From Bdellovibrionales bacterium (GTDB taxonomy: Bacteria; Bdellovibrionota; Bdellovibrionia; Bdellovibrionales; JAGQZY01): a DNA stretch of 51,729 bases. Numbering within the stretch: the stretch's first letter is position 1; each line of letters starts with the position of its first letter. The stretch is from contig JANPLN010000069.1 in NCBI GenBank assembly GCA_031426555.1, positions 1-51,729 of the forward strand, given 5' to 3'. A program made the position numbers and the translations under genes. This document shows positions 17,548 through 27,269 of this stretch, one piece after another. The notes under the pieces are model-generated. The model was not told the DNA's origin and did no database searches. It saw only the letters and a list, made by a program, of their open reading frames with translations.

Positions 17548-20205
17548 CTATTTCGCATTTTGATCCATTTTTAAGGCTCTATCCACGATTTCAAACACAT
17601 TCTTCGATAAGCCGGGATGTTGATGAACACGCTGTATGTGTTTCTTCGCAAGAGTCTTCAATTCTGGATGCCACTGCGTCCACTCATTAAAGCACGTTGC
17701 AATTCGTGCCGCTACCTGCGGGTTGCGCTGATCCACATCCAAAATCTGATCTGCCGCAAAGGTGTAACCGGCTCCATCTATACGATGAAAGCGCAGCGGG
17801 TTTAAAGATATCATCGAAAAGATGAGAGAAAATATTTTATTCGGATTGGACTTATCATAAGCCGGGTGTGATAGAAGAGCTTGCACATTTTCGAGCGCGT
17901 CGTCACGCCATGAGAGAGCCTGTGCCATAAACCATTTGTTCATCACCAGGGAGTCGTGCTTCCACTTTTGCTGAAAATTTTCAAACAACCCGTCCGATTT
18001 TTTGTGAGTGGCCACCATCAGCACATTCATCACATCCGTCATCGTGGGCGCTTGCTGAAAGGCTGTGTTTAAAAAATCAAGATGTTGAGAGTCCTGACCC
18101 CAGGTCCGATAAAATAAAAGCACGGATTCTAGCGAACGGACGTCGGCGGCGCGCTGGGGGTGGGTTGTTTTTTGTATTTGGCAAAATTGCCACGCCGTTT
18201 GTAATTCCGTCGACAGGTTTTTTTGCACGCACGCAAAGAAAAACCAATAGGCCTTTTCGATGGCGTTGGGTTTTTCGCCCGGGCACAGCTGCATAAAGTA
18301 ACCCACACTGGGAGGAGTTAAAAGCTTGGCAACAAAGGCTGGATCTTCGTGCTCCAAATTCACTAACGCCTGCTGCATGGCTGCCATTAGTGCCAAATCT
18401 TCGTTCAACGTTTTGTTGGCATTCACATCCGTCAGCAAACTACGTAAAAAGTGCGTGTAAAGTTTTTGCGCCGCCTCGAAACGATTGAAGGAATCTGAAT
18501 CCTTCGCCATTAAAAAGAGCAGCACGTCTTTTGTGGGTTCAGACGTCGCATCGTAGTTAAGTTTGACCGGAGCTGAAAACTCTCTCAGCAGCGACAGCAC
18601 GGGTTTTTCGCTAACATGCGCAAATAAAAACTCGTTCTCTTCGGCGTCCACAGTTAAAACACCTTTTGTGGATTCCTCGCCCTTGACCAAATTCAACGCG
18701 AGCGGCTTTCCAGTTGCGGAGAAAGCTGCATACTTTAACGGGATCACATAGGGCTTGTTATTTTTTTGTGTCACTGGATCCACCGTTTTTTGCCAGACGG
18801 TGAGGCGCAGTTCTTTGCGATCACTGTCGTACTGTTCGCGCACGGTAAGAGTGGGAGTTCCCGCTTGATCGTACCAATTTTTAAACTGGCTGAGGTTGCG
18901 ACCGGAGGTGATTTCGTGGGCTTTAATAAAATCGTCGGTGGTCACAGCTTGTCCGTCGTAGAGCTGAAAATATTTTTTTACACCCTGGATAAAAACCTCG
19001 CGGCCCAAAAGTGTTTGCAACATGCGAATCACTTCGGCACCTTTGTCGTAAACGGTGCGAGTGTAAAAGTTGTCGATGGCCATGTACGACGACGGGCGAA
19101 TCGGGTGAGCCATGCCGCTGGCGTCTTCGGGAAATTGGCGATTTCTTAACTGAGTCACGTCTTCTATGCGTTTCACACCCCGGGAGTTCAAATCCGACGA
19201 AAACTCTTGGTCGCGAAACACCGTGAGGCCTTCTTTAAGACTCAACTGAAACCAATCCCTACAGGTCACGCGGTTTCCCGACCAATTGTGAAAATACTCG
19301 TGAGCGATGACAGTTTGGATTCCCATAAACTCTGCATCCGTTGCGGATTGCTCGTCGGCTAAAACAAATTTTGAATTAAAAATATTCAGACCTTTGTTTT
19401 CCATGGCGCCCATATTAAAATCATCCACCGCTACGATCATGTAAACGTTGAGGTCATACTCAAGTCCATAAACGTCCTCGTCCCACTTCATGGATTGTTT
19501 TAACGACTTCATGGCATGGCCACAGCGGGCTTCGTTGCCTTTGTCTGTGTAGATCTCTAAATCCACTGTGCGCCCCGAAAGCGTTGTGTAAGTGTCTTTC
19601 ACCAAACCCAAATCCCCCGCTACCAAGGCAAACAAATAGCAGGGCTTTGGAAATGGATCTTGCCAGGTCACGCGATGGCGACCGTTTGGCAAATCGCTGC
19701 TCTCAAGGCGATCGCCATTGCAAAGCAACATGGGGTATTTATTTTTATCGGCTTCGATGGTGGTTGTGTATTTGGATAAAATATCGGGACGGTCTAAAAA
19801 ATAAGTCACTCTGCGGAAACCCTGGGCCTCCATCTGTGTACAAAAAATCTTTTTCGTTTTGTAAAGACCAACAAAGGAGGTGTTGTTTTGCGGCTTGAGT
19901 TCGGTTTCGATTTCAAGTTCGAAGCGCTTCTCCGGCGGCGCCAAAAGCGTCAGCGAGTCGGCGGTGACTTCGTAGTCAGTGGTCGCGAGCGGGCGACCGT
20001 CTATTTTTAGACTTCGAAGTTTGATATTTTCGCCATCCAATTTCAGTTTTCCTGCGCTTGGTCCACCAGCGGAGCGAGTTTTCTGCACTTGCATCGTTGC
20101 AGTGACGATCGTCATCTCCTCGTCGAGTTGAAAATATAAATCAATTTGTGGAATTAAAAATGCCGGCGCTTGATAGTCTTTAAGGTAAATTGTCTGTGGT
20201 TGCAT
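17548..20205 (-). CDS. pepN: Aminopeptidase N (M1 family)
   Basis: IYLKDY start, GAMENKGLN, HEYFHNWSGNRVTCRDWFQLSLKEG. Confidence 0.97.
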   Translation of the reverse strand: MQPQTIYLKDYQAPAFLIPQIDLYFQLDEEMTIVTATMQVQKTRSAGGPSAGKLKLDGENIKLRSLKIDGRPLATTDYEVTADSLTLLAPPEKRFELEIETELKPQNNTSFVGLYKTKKIFCTQMEAQGFRRVTYFLDRPDILSKYTTTIEADKNKYPMLLCNGDRLESSDLPNGRHRVTWQDPFPKPCYLFALVAGDLGLVKDTYTTLSGRTVDLEIYTDKGNEARCGHAMKSLKQSMKWDEDVYGLEYDLNVYMIVAVDDFNMGAMENKGLNIFNSKFVLADEQSATDAEFMGIQTVIAHEYFHNWSGNRVTCRDWFQLSLKEGLTVFRDQEFSSDLNSRGVKRIEDVTQLRNRQFPEDASGMAHPIRPSSYMAIDNFYTRTVYDKGAEVIRMLQTLLGREVFIQGVKKYFQLYDGQAVTTDDFIKAHEITSGRNLSQFKNWYDQAGTPTLTVREQYDSDRKELRLTVWQKTVDPVTQKNNKPYVIPLKYAAFSATGKPLALNLVKGEESTKGVLTVDAEENEFLFAHVSEKPVLSLLREFSAPVKLNYDATSEPTKDVLLFLMAKDSDSFNRFEAAQKLYTHFLRSLLTDVNANKTLNEDLALMAAMQQALVNLEHEDPAFVAKLLTPPSVGYFMQLCPGEKPNAIEKAYWFFFACVQKNLSTELQTAWQFCQIQKTTHPQRAADVRSLESVLLFYRTWGQDSQHLDFLNTAFQQAPTMTDVMNVLMVATHKKSDGLFENFQQKWKHDSLVMNKWFMAQALSWRDDALENVQALLSHPAYDKSNPNKIFSLIFSMISLNPLRFHRIDGAGYTFAADQILDVDQRNPQVAARIATCFNEWTQWHPELKTLAKKHIQRVHQHPGLSKNVFEIVDRALKMDQNAK

Positions 20206-20243
20206 GATTGTGTTTCCGTTGTTTTGTTGGTACGACCGTGAAT

Positions 20244-20924
20244 ATGCGTAAACAAATGAGCGGTATAGAATGTATTGTCGAAAATCCAGGTCAGTCAAAT
20301 GTTGTTGTCTTATTTCATGGTTACGGGGCAGATTTTAGCGATCTTGCGCCGCTGGCATACATGATGGATCCCAAAGGGGAGTGGACGTGGATTTTTCCAA
20401 ATGGCCCCGAGACCGTGGACATTGGTTATCATATGACCGGTCGAGCCTGGTTTCCTATTTCTGTGGAAGACCTGCAAAAAGCAATGCTCACCGGAAAATT
20501 TAAAGATTACGCTGGTGCCACACCGCAAGGCCTTGATCGCATTCTCCCCCAGCTCGAAGAGCTCATTGAAGGTTTAAAAAACGATCACAAAAACATCGTC
20601 ATTGGTGGCTTTAGCCAAGGCGGAATGACGGCGAGTCATTTGTTAAAGGCCGCAGGCGATCACCTTAAGGGAGCCTTGCTCCTTTCCACTGTTTTACTCA
20701 ATTTGGAAAAATTAAAAAAATCTATGGAAGGTCTACCTGCGAAAGCGTTTTTGCAGTCCCATGGGAGCAAGGATACAGTGCTCCCGGTCAAACAAGGCAT
20801 GGATTTGTTCCAGTTTTTAAAAAAGAGCGGCTGGGAAGGGCGATGGGTGGAATTCTCCGGAGGCCACGAAATCCCCCCAATTGTTCTGCAAAAGTCCCAA
20901 GAGTTTCTAAAAAACCTCCTTTAA
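20244..20924 (+). CDS. Phospholipase/carboxylesterase (alpha/beta hydrolase)
   Basis: FHGYGA, GFSQGG, HGSKD, GGHEI. Confidence 0.9.
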   Translation: MRKQMSGIECIVENPGQSNVVVLFHGYGADFSDLAPLAYMMDPKGEWTWIFPNGPETVDIGYHMTGRAWFPISVEDLQKAMLTGKFKDYAGATPQGLDRILPQLEELIEGLKNDHKNIVIGGFSQGGMTASHLLKAAGDHLKGALLLSTVLLNLEKLKKSMEGLPAKAFLQSHGSKDTVLPVKQGMDLFQFLKKSGWEGRWVEFSGGHEIPPIVLQKSQEFLKNLL

Positions 20925-21025
20925 CCCCCTCCTCAAATTGTGACAAATTCGAGCCGCTTTTTTTATAAAGTGCGCTTATTTTGCGTTTTAAACCATTTTT
21001 CTAAGAAACAAACCATGAAAGGCGC

Positions 21026-21041
21026 TGGCACGAAGCTTGTA
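21026..21041 (+). promoter_or_regulatory. Possible sigma-54 promoter
   Basis: TGGCAC-GAAGC-TTGTA about 40 nt before ATG 21079 (consensus TGGCAC-N5-TTGCW). Confidence 0.5.
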
Positions 21042-21078
21042 TTTATCGCTTCGAACAAAACAACCAAAGGAGTTTTGA

Positions 21079-21432
21079 ATGAAGAATATTAATAAGGCTA
21101 AATTAGCAATGAGTGCCATGGCGGCCACATTGCTCACTGCAAATGCTAGCGCAATGATTGAATTTGATCCGGATGCTCGGGTTATTCAGTACAAGACGAA
21201 AGTTTCGTGTCTCAATTCATGGGGCGCCGATGGCCAATTGACAATTCATTCGTCTGAATATTGTGACCAATCTAACAATAACAAAATTAACAACCGTCCG
21301 TTAAAGGACAATGGTTGTGCTGACGAACAGGTAGCCATCAAAGAAACGGTCCGACAAAACAAGAAATTTAAAATCAAAATCAAAGAGTGTGCTGTTGAAA
21401 ATGACAGCGCGATTGAGCCATCTCAATTGTAA
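21079..21432 (+). CDS. Small secreted four-Cys protein, paralogue 1
   Basis: AAGGAG RBS; Sec signal ending ANASA; clear paralogy to the next ORF. Confidence 0.85.
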   Translation: MKNINKAKLAMSAMAATLLTANASAMIEFDPDARVIQYKTKVSCLNSWGADGQLTIHSSEYCDQSNNNKINNRPLKDNGCADEQVAIKETVRQNKKFKIKIKECAVENDSAIEPSQL

Positions 21433-21456
21433 TGCTTTACATTTGATTCTTGTTCG

Positions 21457-21495
21457 AAAAAGGCCAACTCAATTTCTGAGTTGGCCTTTTTTTTT
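21457..21495 (+). terminator. Rho-independent terminator
   Basis: aaaaaggccaactca / tgagttggcc stem plus T9. Confidence 0.9.
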
Positions 21496-21588
21496 GAAAA
21501 ATAGCCACGGTCTTGGTATTTCACTGGAATCCGAAGAGTCAGCCTGCTACTTATTTGTGCAGAGTTAACAAATAATCAGGAGTTAAGT

Positions 21589-21942
21589 ATGAGAAATATA
21601 AATAAAGCCAATTTAGCGATGAGTGCCTTAGCGGCCACTCTCATTTCTGCCAACGCCAGCGCCTTGATGGTCGAAGACCCAGATGCGCCCGTTCAGAAGT
21701 ACAAAACCAAAGTTATGTGCTTAAGCGCATGGGGTTCAGAGGGTTCACAAACTGTTTATTCTTATTGTGATCAAGCTGAGAACAATAAAGTTAACAAACG
21801 CCCCCTTAACGAGAACGGCTGTGCGGCAGAACAAGTTGCTGTACAAGAGACGATCAACGTAACGGCAAAAGAAAAATTCAAAATTAAAATTAATAAATGC
21901 GCCGTCGAAAACGACAGCGAAATCGAGCCAACTCAATTGTAA
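21589..21942 (+). CDS. Small secreted four-Cys protein, paralogue 2
   Basis: AGGAG RBS; same length, signal peptide, four Cys and C-terminus CAVENDS.IEP.QL. Confidence 0.85.
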   Translation: MRNINKANLAMSALAATLISANASALMVEDPDAPVQKYKTKVMCLSAWGSEGSQTVYSYCDQAENNKVNKRPLNENGCAAEQVAVQETINVTAKEKFKIKINKCAVENDSEIEPTQL

Positions 21943-21978
21943 TTTTAGTTTTCAGAATCTATGAATTCAAAGGTCAGC

Positions 21979-22818
21979 TCAGTTTTTGGGTTGACCTTTT
22001 TTTTTGAGATAGCTTAAGAATTCCGGATTGTATTTCTTCGTTTTCTTGTGATCAATCAGTTCCCATGTGTATTCTTTTGAGTTTGGCAAAAACTTTTGCG
22101 GCTCTGTCGCGTAAAAACGCAACCGTGGATAAGGCTTCTCAGCAGAATATGTTTGCAAGTCCTTTTGCCAATCGTCCACAGTGGACAGTTTTTTAACCAG
22201 CGGATCAATCACCCAGGTTTTCCCGTTTGCCTGCACAGCCACAGCCACATGGAACTTCCAAACCAGGGGTTGATAAACCAGAGGGCCCACGGCAAAGATT
22301 TTTTTGATGTGTTTCTGAGCCACCCCTCGCTGTAGTAAAAAATAGTGCACCATCAGGGCCTTATAAAAACAAAACCCAATGGCAATTTCGGCCGTGGTGG
22401 CGACAGTTTTTGATTGGTCAAAAAAACGATAGGCGCTCGCATCATCAAGTACGGATTGCATAAACGCCTCGTCGATGTCCGCCGTAGCCGTGGCGGCAGA
22501 TTTTTGCAAGTCTAAAAATTCGTCTTTGTTTTTTTGTTCTACAGAATTCATATAAAAAGTGTTCTTTTTGTCGCTATAGCTTTTGCTCGTTTTATCGTTA
22601 TTTTGTTTGGCCCATTCCTTGGTGATGGAGCTCAGTTCTTCTTTGTAAAATTTTAAAAGATCGATGTTCACATTGTTTTTTGAAGAGGGGTCAAGATCTC
22701 CGTTGAGTTGCGAAAGGACTCCCGTCCATTCGCTCCTCTGTGCAGAAACTTCTTTCGCATACCCCGGAGAGATACACAGAATCATGGCGCTCACAACGCT
22801 GGCGAAACGTTTTATCAC
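21979..22818 (-). CDS. Secreted protein-glutamine glutaminase-like (transglutaminase-fold Cys-His-Asp) enzyme
   Basis: Signal peptide, IGFCFYKA, WKFHVA, VIDP; GTGA overlap with the upstream stop. Confidence 0.7.
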   Translation of the reverse strand: MIKRFASVVSAMILCISPGYAKEVSAQRSEWTGVLSQLNGDLDPSSKNNVNIDLLKFYKEELSSITKEWAKQNNDKTSKSYSDKKNTFYMNSVEQKNKDEFLDLQKSAATATADIDEAFMQSVLDDASAYRFFDQSKTVATTAEIAIGFCFYKALMVHYFLLQRGVAQKHIKKIFAVGPLVYQPLVWKFHVAVAVQANGKTWVIDPLVKKLSTVDDWQKDLQTYSAEKPYPRLRFYATEPQKFLPNSKEYTWELIDHKKTKKYNPEFLSYLKKKGQPKN

Positions 22819-23939
22819 TTGCACTTGTTGAAGATGTTAAGTGTTTCTGTAGAAACCCGATTCATAAACACGCTCATCAGCTCAGCCAATATTAATGCCT
22901 CAGTGGCGTACTCTTTCGAGCAAGGGGCCATGGTTTTTAAAAACTGCAAAGACATCAGTTCGTGTCCCCCGGCGTCGTTGATATTCATATGAACATTTAT
23001 AAACTTGGCCGCCGATGCCATTCCGCAATCAGTGAGCAAATCCGCTAAGGGATCCGTTTCGGAATAATTGCTGCGTTCGAAAAAATCGATCATAATGGCA
23101 AACGCTAAAAAATTTCTTTTCGCGGCAAACGCCAAAAGATCCATGATGACTTTGGCGTTGATGCTCACAGGCAAGTTTTCTTTTTGAAAGCCCAGCTCCT
23201 TAAGGGCCCGACCTAAAATTGCATCATGTCCGGTTTCCTCGCGGAGAAAATCTTCCACCAAGGGCTTTGCGTTTTGCGAATTGAGCAGGGCGGGTGTTAC
23301 GGAAGCAAGGCAGCGCTCAGTGACGTAATGATTTTGTCGAACGATAAAGGCGACGGCTTTGGCGCGGAGATCATTGGGGAGACTTTTAATTTGTTGGTAC
23401 ACAGTGACGACTTTGCTGTTCTCCAAGGAGTCTAACATGTAGTAGCGACGTGCCACGGTCAAAAGACTTTCGGGGTGAATTTCGTTGTCGATGGAACAAA
23501 AATCCAGGGCCTCTTCGACATTCCAATTAAAATCTTTTCGGCTGGCCGCCGATTGTATTTCTAAACTATTTCCGCTGTTGATTCCTTCAAAAGAATTTTT
23601 CTCAAGAGAGGAAATTTGCGACAGACTTTCAAAAAGCGTTTTGCCGAGCAATTTATCGTCTGCAATTTCAAAGTCATCGCCCTTTTTGGGTGCCGGCACG
23701 ATGTAATATACAGGGTACTTATTAAAACTCTCAAGAAGTGTGCTGATAGTTTGCAAATCGGTGACGGTGACCTGATTTGTTTGCAGATTGTGTAAGCATT
23801 GTTTTAAAATTTCAGGGTTTTCGATCTCGACCTGAGTGGCAATTCTGAGCCACGGCACCTGTAAGTTGAGACTGTTATTTGTTTCGTCGAAATCGATTTT
23901 AAGCTCGTCGTAGGGAATCAACATATTGGACATCCCCAC
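22815..23939 (-). CDS. Heme-oxygenase-like diiron enzyme (TenA/PqqC/CADD superfamily)
   Basis: EETGHD, FFE and HMNINDAGGHE iron-ligand pattern in an all-helical C-terminal domain. Confidence 0.6.
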   Translation of the reverse strand: MGMSNMLIPYDELKIDFDETNNSLNLQVPWLRIATQVEIENPEILKQCLHNLQTNQVTVTDLQTISTLLESFNKYPVYYIVPAPKKGDDFEIADDKLLGKTLFESLSQISSLEKNSFEGINSGNSLEIQSAASRKDFNWNVEEALDFCSIDNEIHPESLLTVARRYYMLDSLENSKVVTVYQQIKSLPNDLRAKAVAFIVRQNHYVTERCLASVTPALLNSQNAKPLVEDFLREETGHDAILGRALKELGFQKENLPVSINAKVIMDLLAFAAKRNFLAFAIMIDFFERSNYSETDPLADLLTDCGMASAAKFINVHMNINDAGGHELMSLQFLKTMAPCSKEYATEALILAELMSVFMNRVSTETLNIFNKCK

Positions 23940-24029
23940 ATGATATCTTTAGCCGCGAAGGTGGCCAAAACCTTCTGGAAACTCAGCTTAAATTGACACC
24001 TAGGTCGAGGTGGTGCTAACGAAGAAAGT

Positions 24030-24761
24030 ATGAAAAACTACAAACACTTTACAATCCTTGGCTTATTATTTTTATTTGAATCTCTTTTCGCGCAAGAAAG
24101 TACAGTGGCGGCTGAGACCGTCGCCCCCGAAGTTTCTGCCAGCGCCCCGGCTCCTCTCGGGCCTGCTTTTAACGATTATTCCAAAGGCACAATGAGCCGC
24201 TTTGGTTTTTTTGTGGGGGGCCTGCCGGTTCCCATGCTCAGTGGCGGTGCGGCCGCCAGCGCCGAGTTTTTACTCACGCCGTGGCTTTCGCTAACGGGCG
24301 GCTACGAACGGCGAAGAGCGTCGACGGATAGAACCTTTGAGATTAACCTTTTGGACGAAGGCAGCCGAACCATTGCAAAAAGCACGCTTCTGGGCTTGCG
24401 CATCTACAATGGATTAAGCGGGCGCTGGTGGAAAGGCTTTTACATCAATGCCGGGTACAAATGGTCCACCATGGATACCAAGTACACTCCCGGGTTGTTC
24501 GCTGGCAATCAAGCGAGTCGTGTGGATTCCGATGAGGATGTCTATGCGGGCCTGGGATATCGTTTAACGGCACAAATTCGAAAGAATACCGTCTTATTAC
24601 TGGATGTGGGCGTGAACTATGAGCCGGGCGGGATCAGAAAAGTTTACTACGATGACAATGGAACTGGGCTTTTTGGGCCAAACCCCGATGGCGTTGGACT
24701 GATTCAAACCGACGTGGGACATCAACTTTTTCCAGAAGCAAAGGTCGGCTTACGCTTCTAG
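24030..24761 (+). CDS. Outer-membrane beta-barrel protein
   Basis: Signal peptide, amphipathic strands, C-terminal VGLRF. Confidence 0.7.
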   Translation: MKNYKHFTILGLLFLFESLFAQESTVAAETVAPEVSASAPAPLGPAFNDYSKGTMSRFGFFVGGLPVPMLSGGAAASAEFLLTPWLSLTGGYERRRASTDRTFEINLLDEGSRTIAKSTLLGLRIYNGLSGRWWKGFYINAGYKWSTMDTKYTPGLFAGNQASRVDSDEDVYAGLGYRLTAQIRKNTVLLLDVGVNYEPGGIRKVYYDDNGTGLFGPNPDGVGLIQTDVGHQLFPEAKVGLRF

Positions 24762-24768
24762 AGCATTG

Positions 24769-25173
24769 CTAGGTCAGGGGCTTTAGCTTTTCGCGAACGG
24801 CCTCGGGAATTCCCTGAGCCACGCGTTTCTCTTTATTCAAAAAAACATGCACCGACTCGATCGTGCAACAAACAGAGCCATTTTGCAGAAGCTCGGTTTC
24901 GAGCTGAAACGACGTCTCTCCTACAGACTTCACTGACACCCGCGCTTCGCAAGCGTCGAAGGCCAAAAGGGGGCGTCGAAAATCACCACTCACTTTTTTT
25001 ATCGGAACGGCCCACGCTTCGTTTTGAAACCAATTTTTTTTACTTCCATAAATCTCCTCCACCCATTCCTCATAGGCGTCGTGAAACAGGGTAAAAGCCT
25101 CGTTAAAAAACAAGAGCCCCGCAGAATCAGTTTGATGGAATCGTGGCGATAGAGTTGTAGTGAAGTTGCGCAT
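24769..25173 (-). CDS. Hot-dog fold acyl-CoA thioesterase (4HBT/DHNA-CoA hydrolase-like)
   Basis: RFHQTDSAGLLFF, HDAYE, VGETSF. Confidence 0.85.
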   Translation of the reverse strand: MRNFTTTLSPRFHQTDSAGLLFFNEAFTLFHDAYEEWVEEIYGSKKNWFQNEAWAVPIKKVSGDFRRPLLAFDACEARVSVKSVGETSFQLETELLQNGSVCCTIESVHVFLNKEKRVAQGIPEAVREKLKPLT

Positions 25174-25260
25174 ATAAAAACGGTACAACGCGCAGAGTAA
25201 ACGAGTCAAGGTGCAGGGGTTGTGTTGTGTCGTGCCAAGGGGTTTGTTATACGTCACACC

Positions 25261-26199
25261 GTGGATCTTAAAATCTATTCGACTACAGATTTTCCATCGT
25301 ACTTACCTCAGCTTAATAATCTTTATGATGATTTGTTTGAAGGTGGAAAAGGCTTTCGCGCAAAGCTCACGCAAATGGTGGCGGAGTGCTTACAATTAAA
25401 TCGCGAAGCCATTCATTTACTCTGCCAAACGGTGGAGTTTATACATAACTCTTCTTTGCTGCACGACGATCTCATTGATCGCTCCAGCCTTCGCCGCGGA
25501 AAAACAGCCGCTTGGGTTAAGTTTACACCCGAGTACGCCGTGCTTGCTGGCGATTACCTTCTTGCGCGCGTGATGGTGAACCTTTCTCAGTACGGTAATA
25601 TCGAGCTCATTCAGCTGACGAGCAAGGCCATTTCTGATTTGATAGAGGGCGAATGGTTGCAAGACGACCATGTTAAAAAAATAAATGTCACCATGGAACA
25701 AATGGATCACGTGCACATCTTAAAAACCGGGTCGTTGTTTCAGTGGTGCATGCGTGCGCCATTTTTAGCGGCTGGGATATCCACCCCACAGGTCCACGTT
25801 GAGTTGCGCAAACTGGGAGAAATTCTCGGCCTGTTGTTACAGCGCAGTGACGACCTTTTGGATTTTGATGTTCGCAATGGCGAGCAAAAAAATATCATGG
25901 GCGATCTTAGCGCCGGCTACGTCAATTCGTTTTGTGCATTTTTATTTTATGATCTTCCCGAAGCCGAACGCGAGCAGCTCTCGCACATCATCGATCTTAA
26001 AAAATTTAAAAGTGCCATTGGCGAACCGTATTTTTTAAAAAAGCTAGAACAGTTTGACGAAATAAATCGAAAGTTGATCGACGATTATCAAAGAACTCTT
26101 TCTGGAGTGGCAAGCCATCTCAGTGGAGATGTTGCAAAGAATCTGGTCGCGGTTCTCACTCGACTTCCGCAGCCGATCTATTGGCGGGACGCCCAATGA
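25261..26199 (+). CDS. Polyprenyl diphosphate synthase
   Basis: SLLHDDLID..RRG, AVLAGDYL, KTG, QRSDDLLD; start uncertain (GTG 25261 or 25222). Confidence 0.9.
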   Translation: MDLKIYSTTDFPSYLPQLNNLYDDLFEGGKGFRAKLTQMVAECLQLNREAIHLLCQTVEFIHNSSLLHDDLIDRSSLRRGKTAAWVKFTPEYAVLAGDYLLARVMVNLSQYGNIELIQLTSKAISDLIEGEWLQDDHVKKINVTMEQMDHVHILKTGSLFQWCMRAPFLAAGISTPQVHVELRKLGEILGLLLQRSDDLLDFDVRNGEQKNIMGDLSAGYVNSFCAFLFYDLPEAEREQLSHIIDLKKFKSAIGEPYFLKKLEQFDEINRKLIDDYQRTLSGVASHLSGDVAKNLVAVLTRLPQPIYWRDAQ

Positions 26200-26264
26200 A
26201 CAAACGGGACGCCCAATGAATAAACGGGAAGCCAAATGATTCATCGGGAAGCCCAATGATTATT
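26185..26264 (+). repeat. 4 x 20-bp tandem repeat spanning a stop/start junction
   Basis: cgggacgcccaatgaacaaa / cgggacgcccaatgaataaa / cgggaagccaaatgattcat / cgggaagcccaatgattatt. Confidence 0.95.
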
Positions 26265-27035
26265 TATTGTTCTGACTCAGTCCCAGATCTGATGACGACA
26301 GAGCAGCAGGATCATTGTACGAAGGATTTAAAAGCAACCTTAGTAACGCATCTTCCAGAGGCCGAGTTTTATTTGGAGTTCACTCCGCAGTCATCGCGAG
26401 TGTCGCTGAAGCGTAACAACAGTAACGAGCACGGAATTTTTGTCGACTTCGAAAGCGACGAGCAAAAATACAAACAACAACGAATTTCGAGCGGCAAAGA
26501 TCTATTGGCGCGAGCCATCGGCGTAGAGCCCGGGATTTCTATTTGCGATTTAACCCTGGGTCTTGCGGGCGATGCTTTTAAACTTTGTTATTTCGGCGCG
26601 CAAGTGGTCGGTTACGAGAAAAACCCGTTCGTGTGGGCCTTGGTTGAAAACGCGGCCTGGAGATGGAATCAGCAGAAAGGGATTCAACAAAATAAATCTT
26701 TGCCATTAAAGCCCATAAACGCCGACTCTTGCGAAGCGCTCCAACTTGCAAAAACAGAGGGCTCAGCTTCTATGTTTTCGAACGCCGAAGTTTTTTACCT
26801 CGACCCCATGTTCAATCTTGTGCGAACGGCTTTACCCCGCAAAGGCATGCAGTATTTAGATCACATCACTGCACCGACGCCCGAAAAGGATCTCGAGAGT
26901 ATTTTGATGGGTCTAAAAGAGGCAAAAAAGAAGCTGGTTGTAAAACGCGCGCTGCAAAGCGATTGGCTTTGCGGTTACAAACCTTCGCGAAGTGTCGAGG
27001 GAAAAATGGTCCGCTTCGACATCTACGGACAATGA
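26256..27035 (+). CDS. rsmJ: 16S rRNA m2G1516 methyltransferase-like
   Basis: LARAIG, DLTLGLAGDAF, YLDPMF, VVKR, RFDIY. Confidence 0.8.
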   Translation: MIIYCSDSVPDLMTTEQQDHCTKDLKATLVTHLPEAEFYLEFTPQSSRVSLKRNNSNEHGIFVDFESDEQKYKQQRISSGKDLLARAIGVEPGISICDLTLGLAGDAFKLCYFGAQVVGYEKNPFVWALVENAAWRWNQQKGIQQNKSLPLKPINADSCEALQLAKTEGSASMFSNAEVFYLDPMFNLVRTALPRKGMQYLDHITAPTPEKDLESILMGLKEAKKKLVVKRALQSDWLCGYKPSRSVEGKMVRFDIYGQ

Positions 27036-27269
27036 TTATTTTTCCAGACCCTTTCTGATGAAAGTGATAATGAGTGATTGATACCCTTTACCATCGATTT
27101 TCGCGCGGGTTTTTAGCGCGCGTAAAAGGTTTCCTGGCACTCTTAAGCTAATAGGAACCGTAGCCTCGTTGGTATTGGCACTTAACTTCCGCATGTCTTC
27201 CAAAAACTGCACGGCTTGCAGTGGCGAAATTTCAGCTATGGGCTGTTTTTTACTATTTTTTTTTGCCAC
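27036..27269 (-). CDS. CopG/BrnA-like ribbon-helix-helix protein (putative antitoxin/repressor)
   Basis: ISLRVP..LL..LK..A...G.GYQSLI pattern. Confidence 0.8.
   Translation of the reverse strand: MAKKNSKKQPIAEISPLQAVQFLEDMRKLSANTNEATVPISLRVPGNLLRALKTRAKIDGKGYQSLIITFIRKGLEK

Noticed and set aside
26185..26264. CRISPR array
   Set aside because: Contiguous 20-bp units with no spacers and no cas genes
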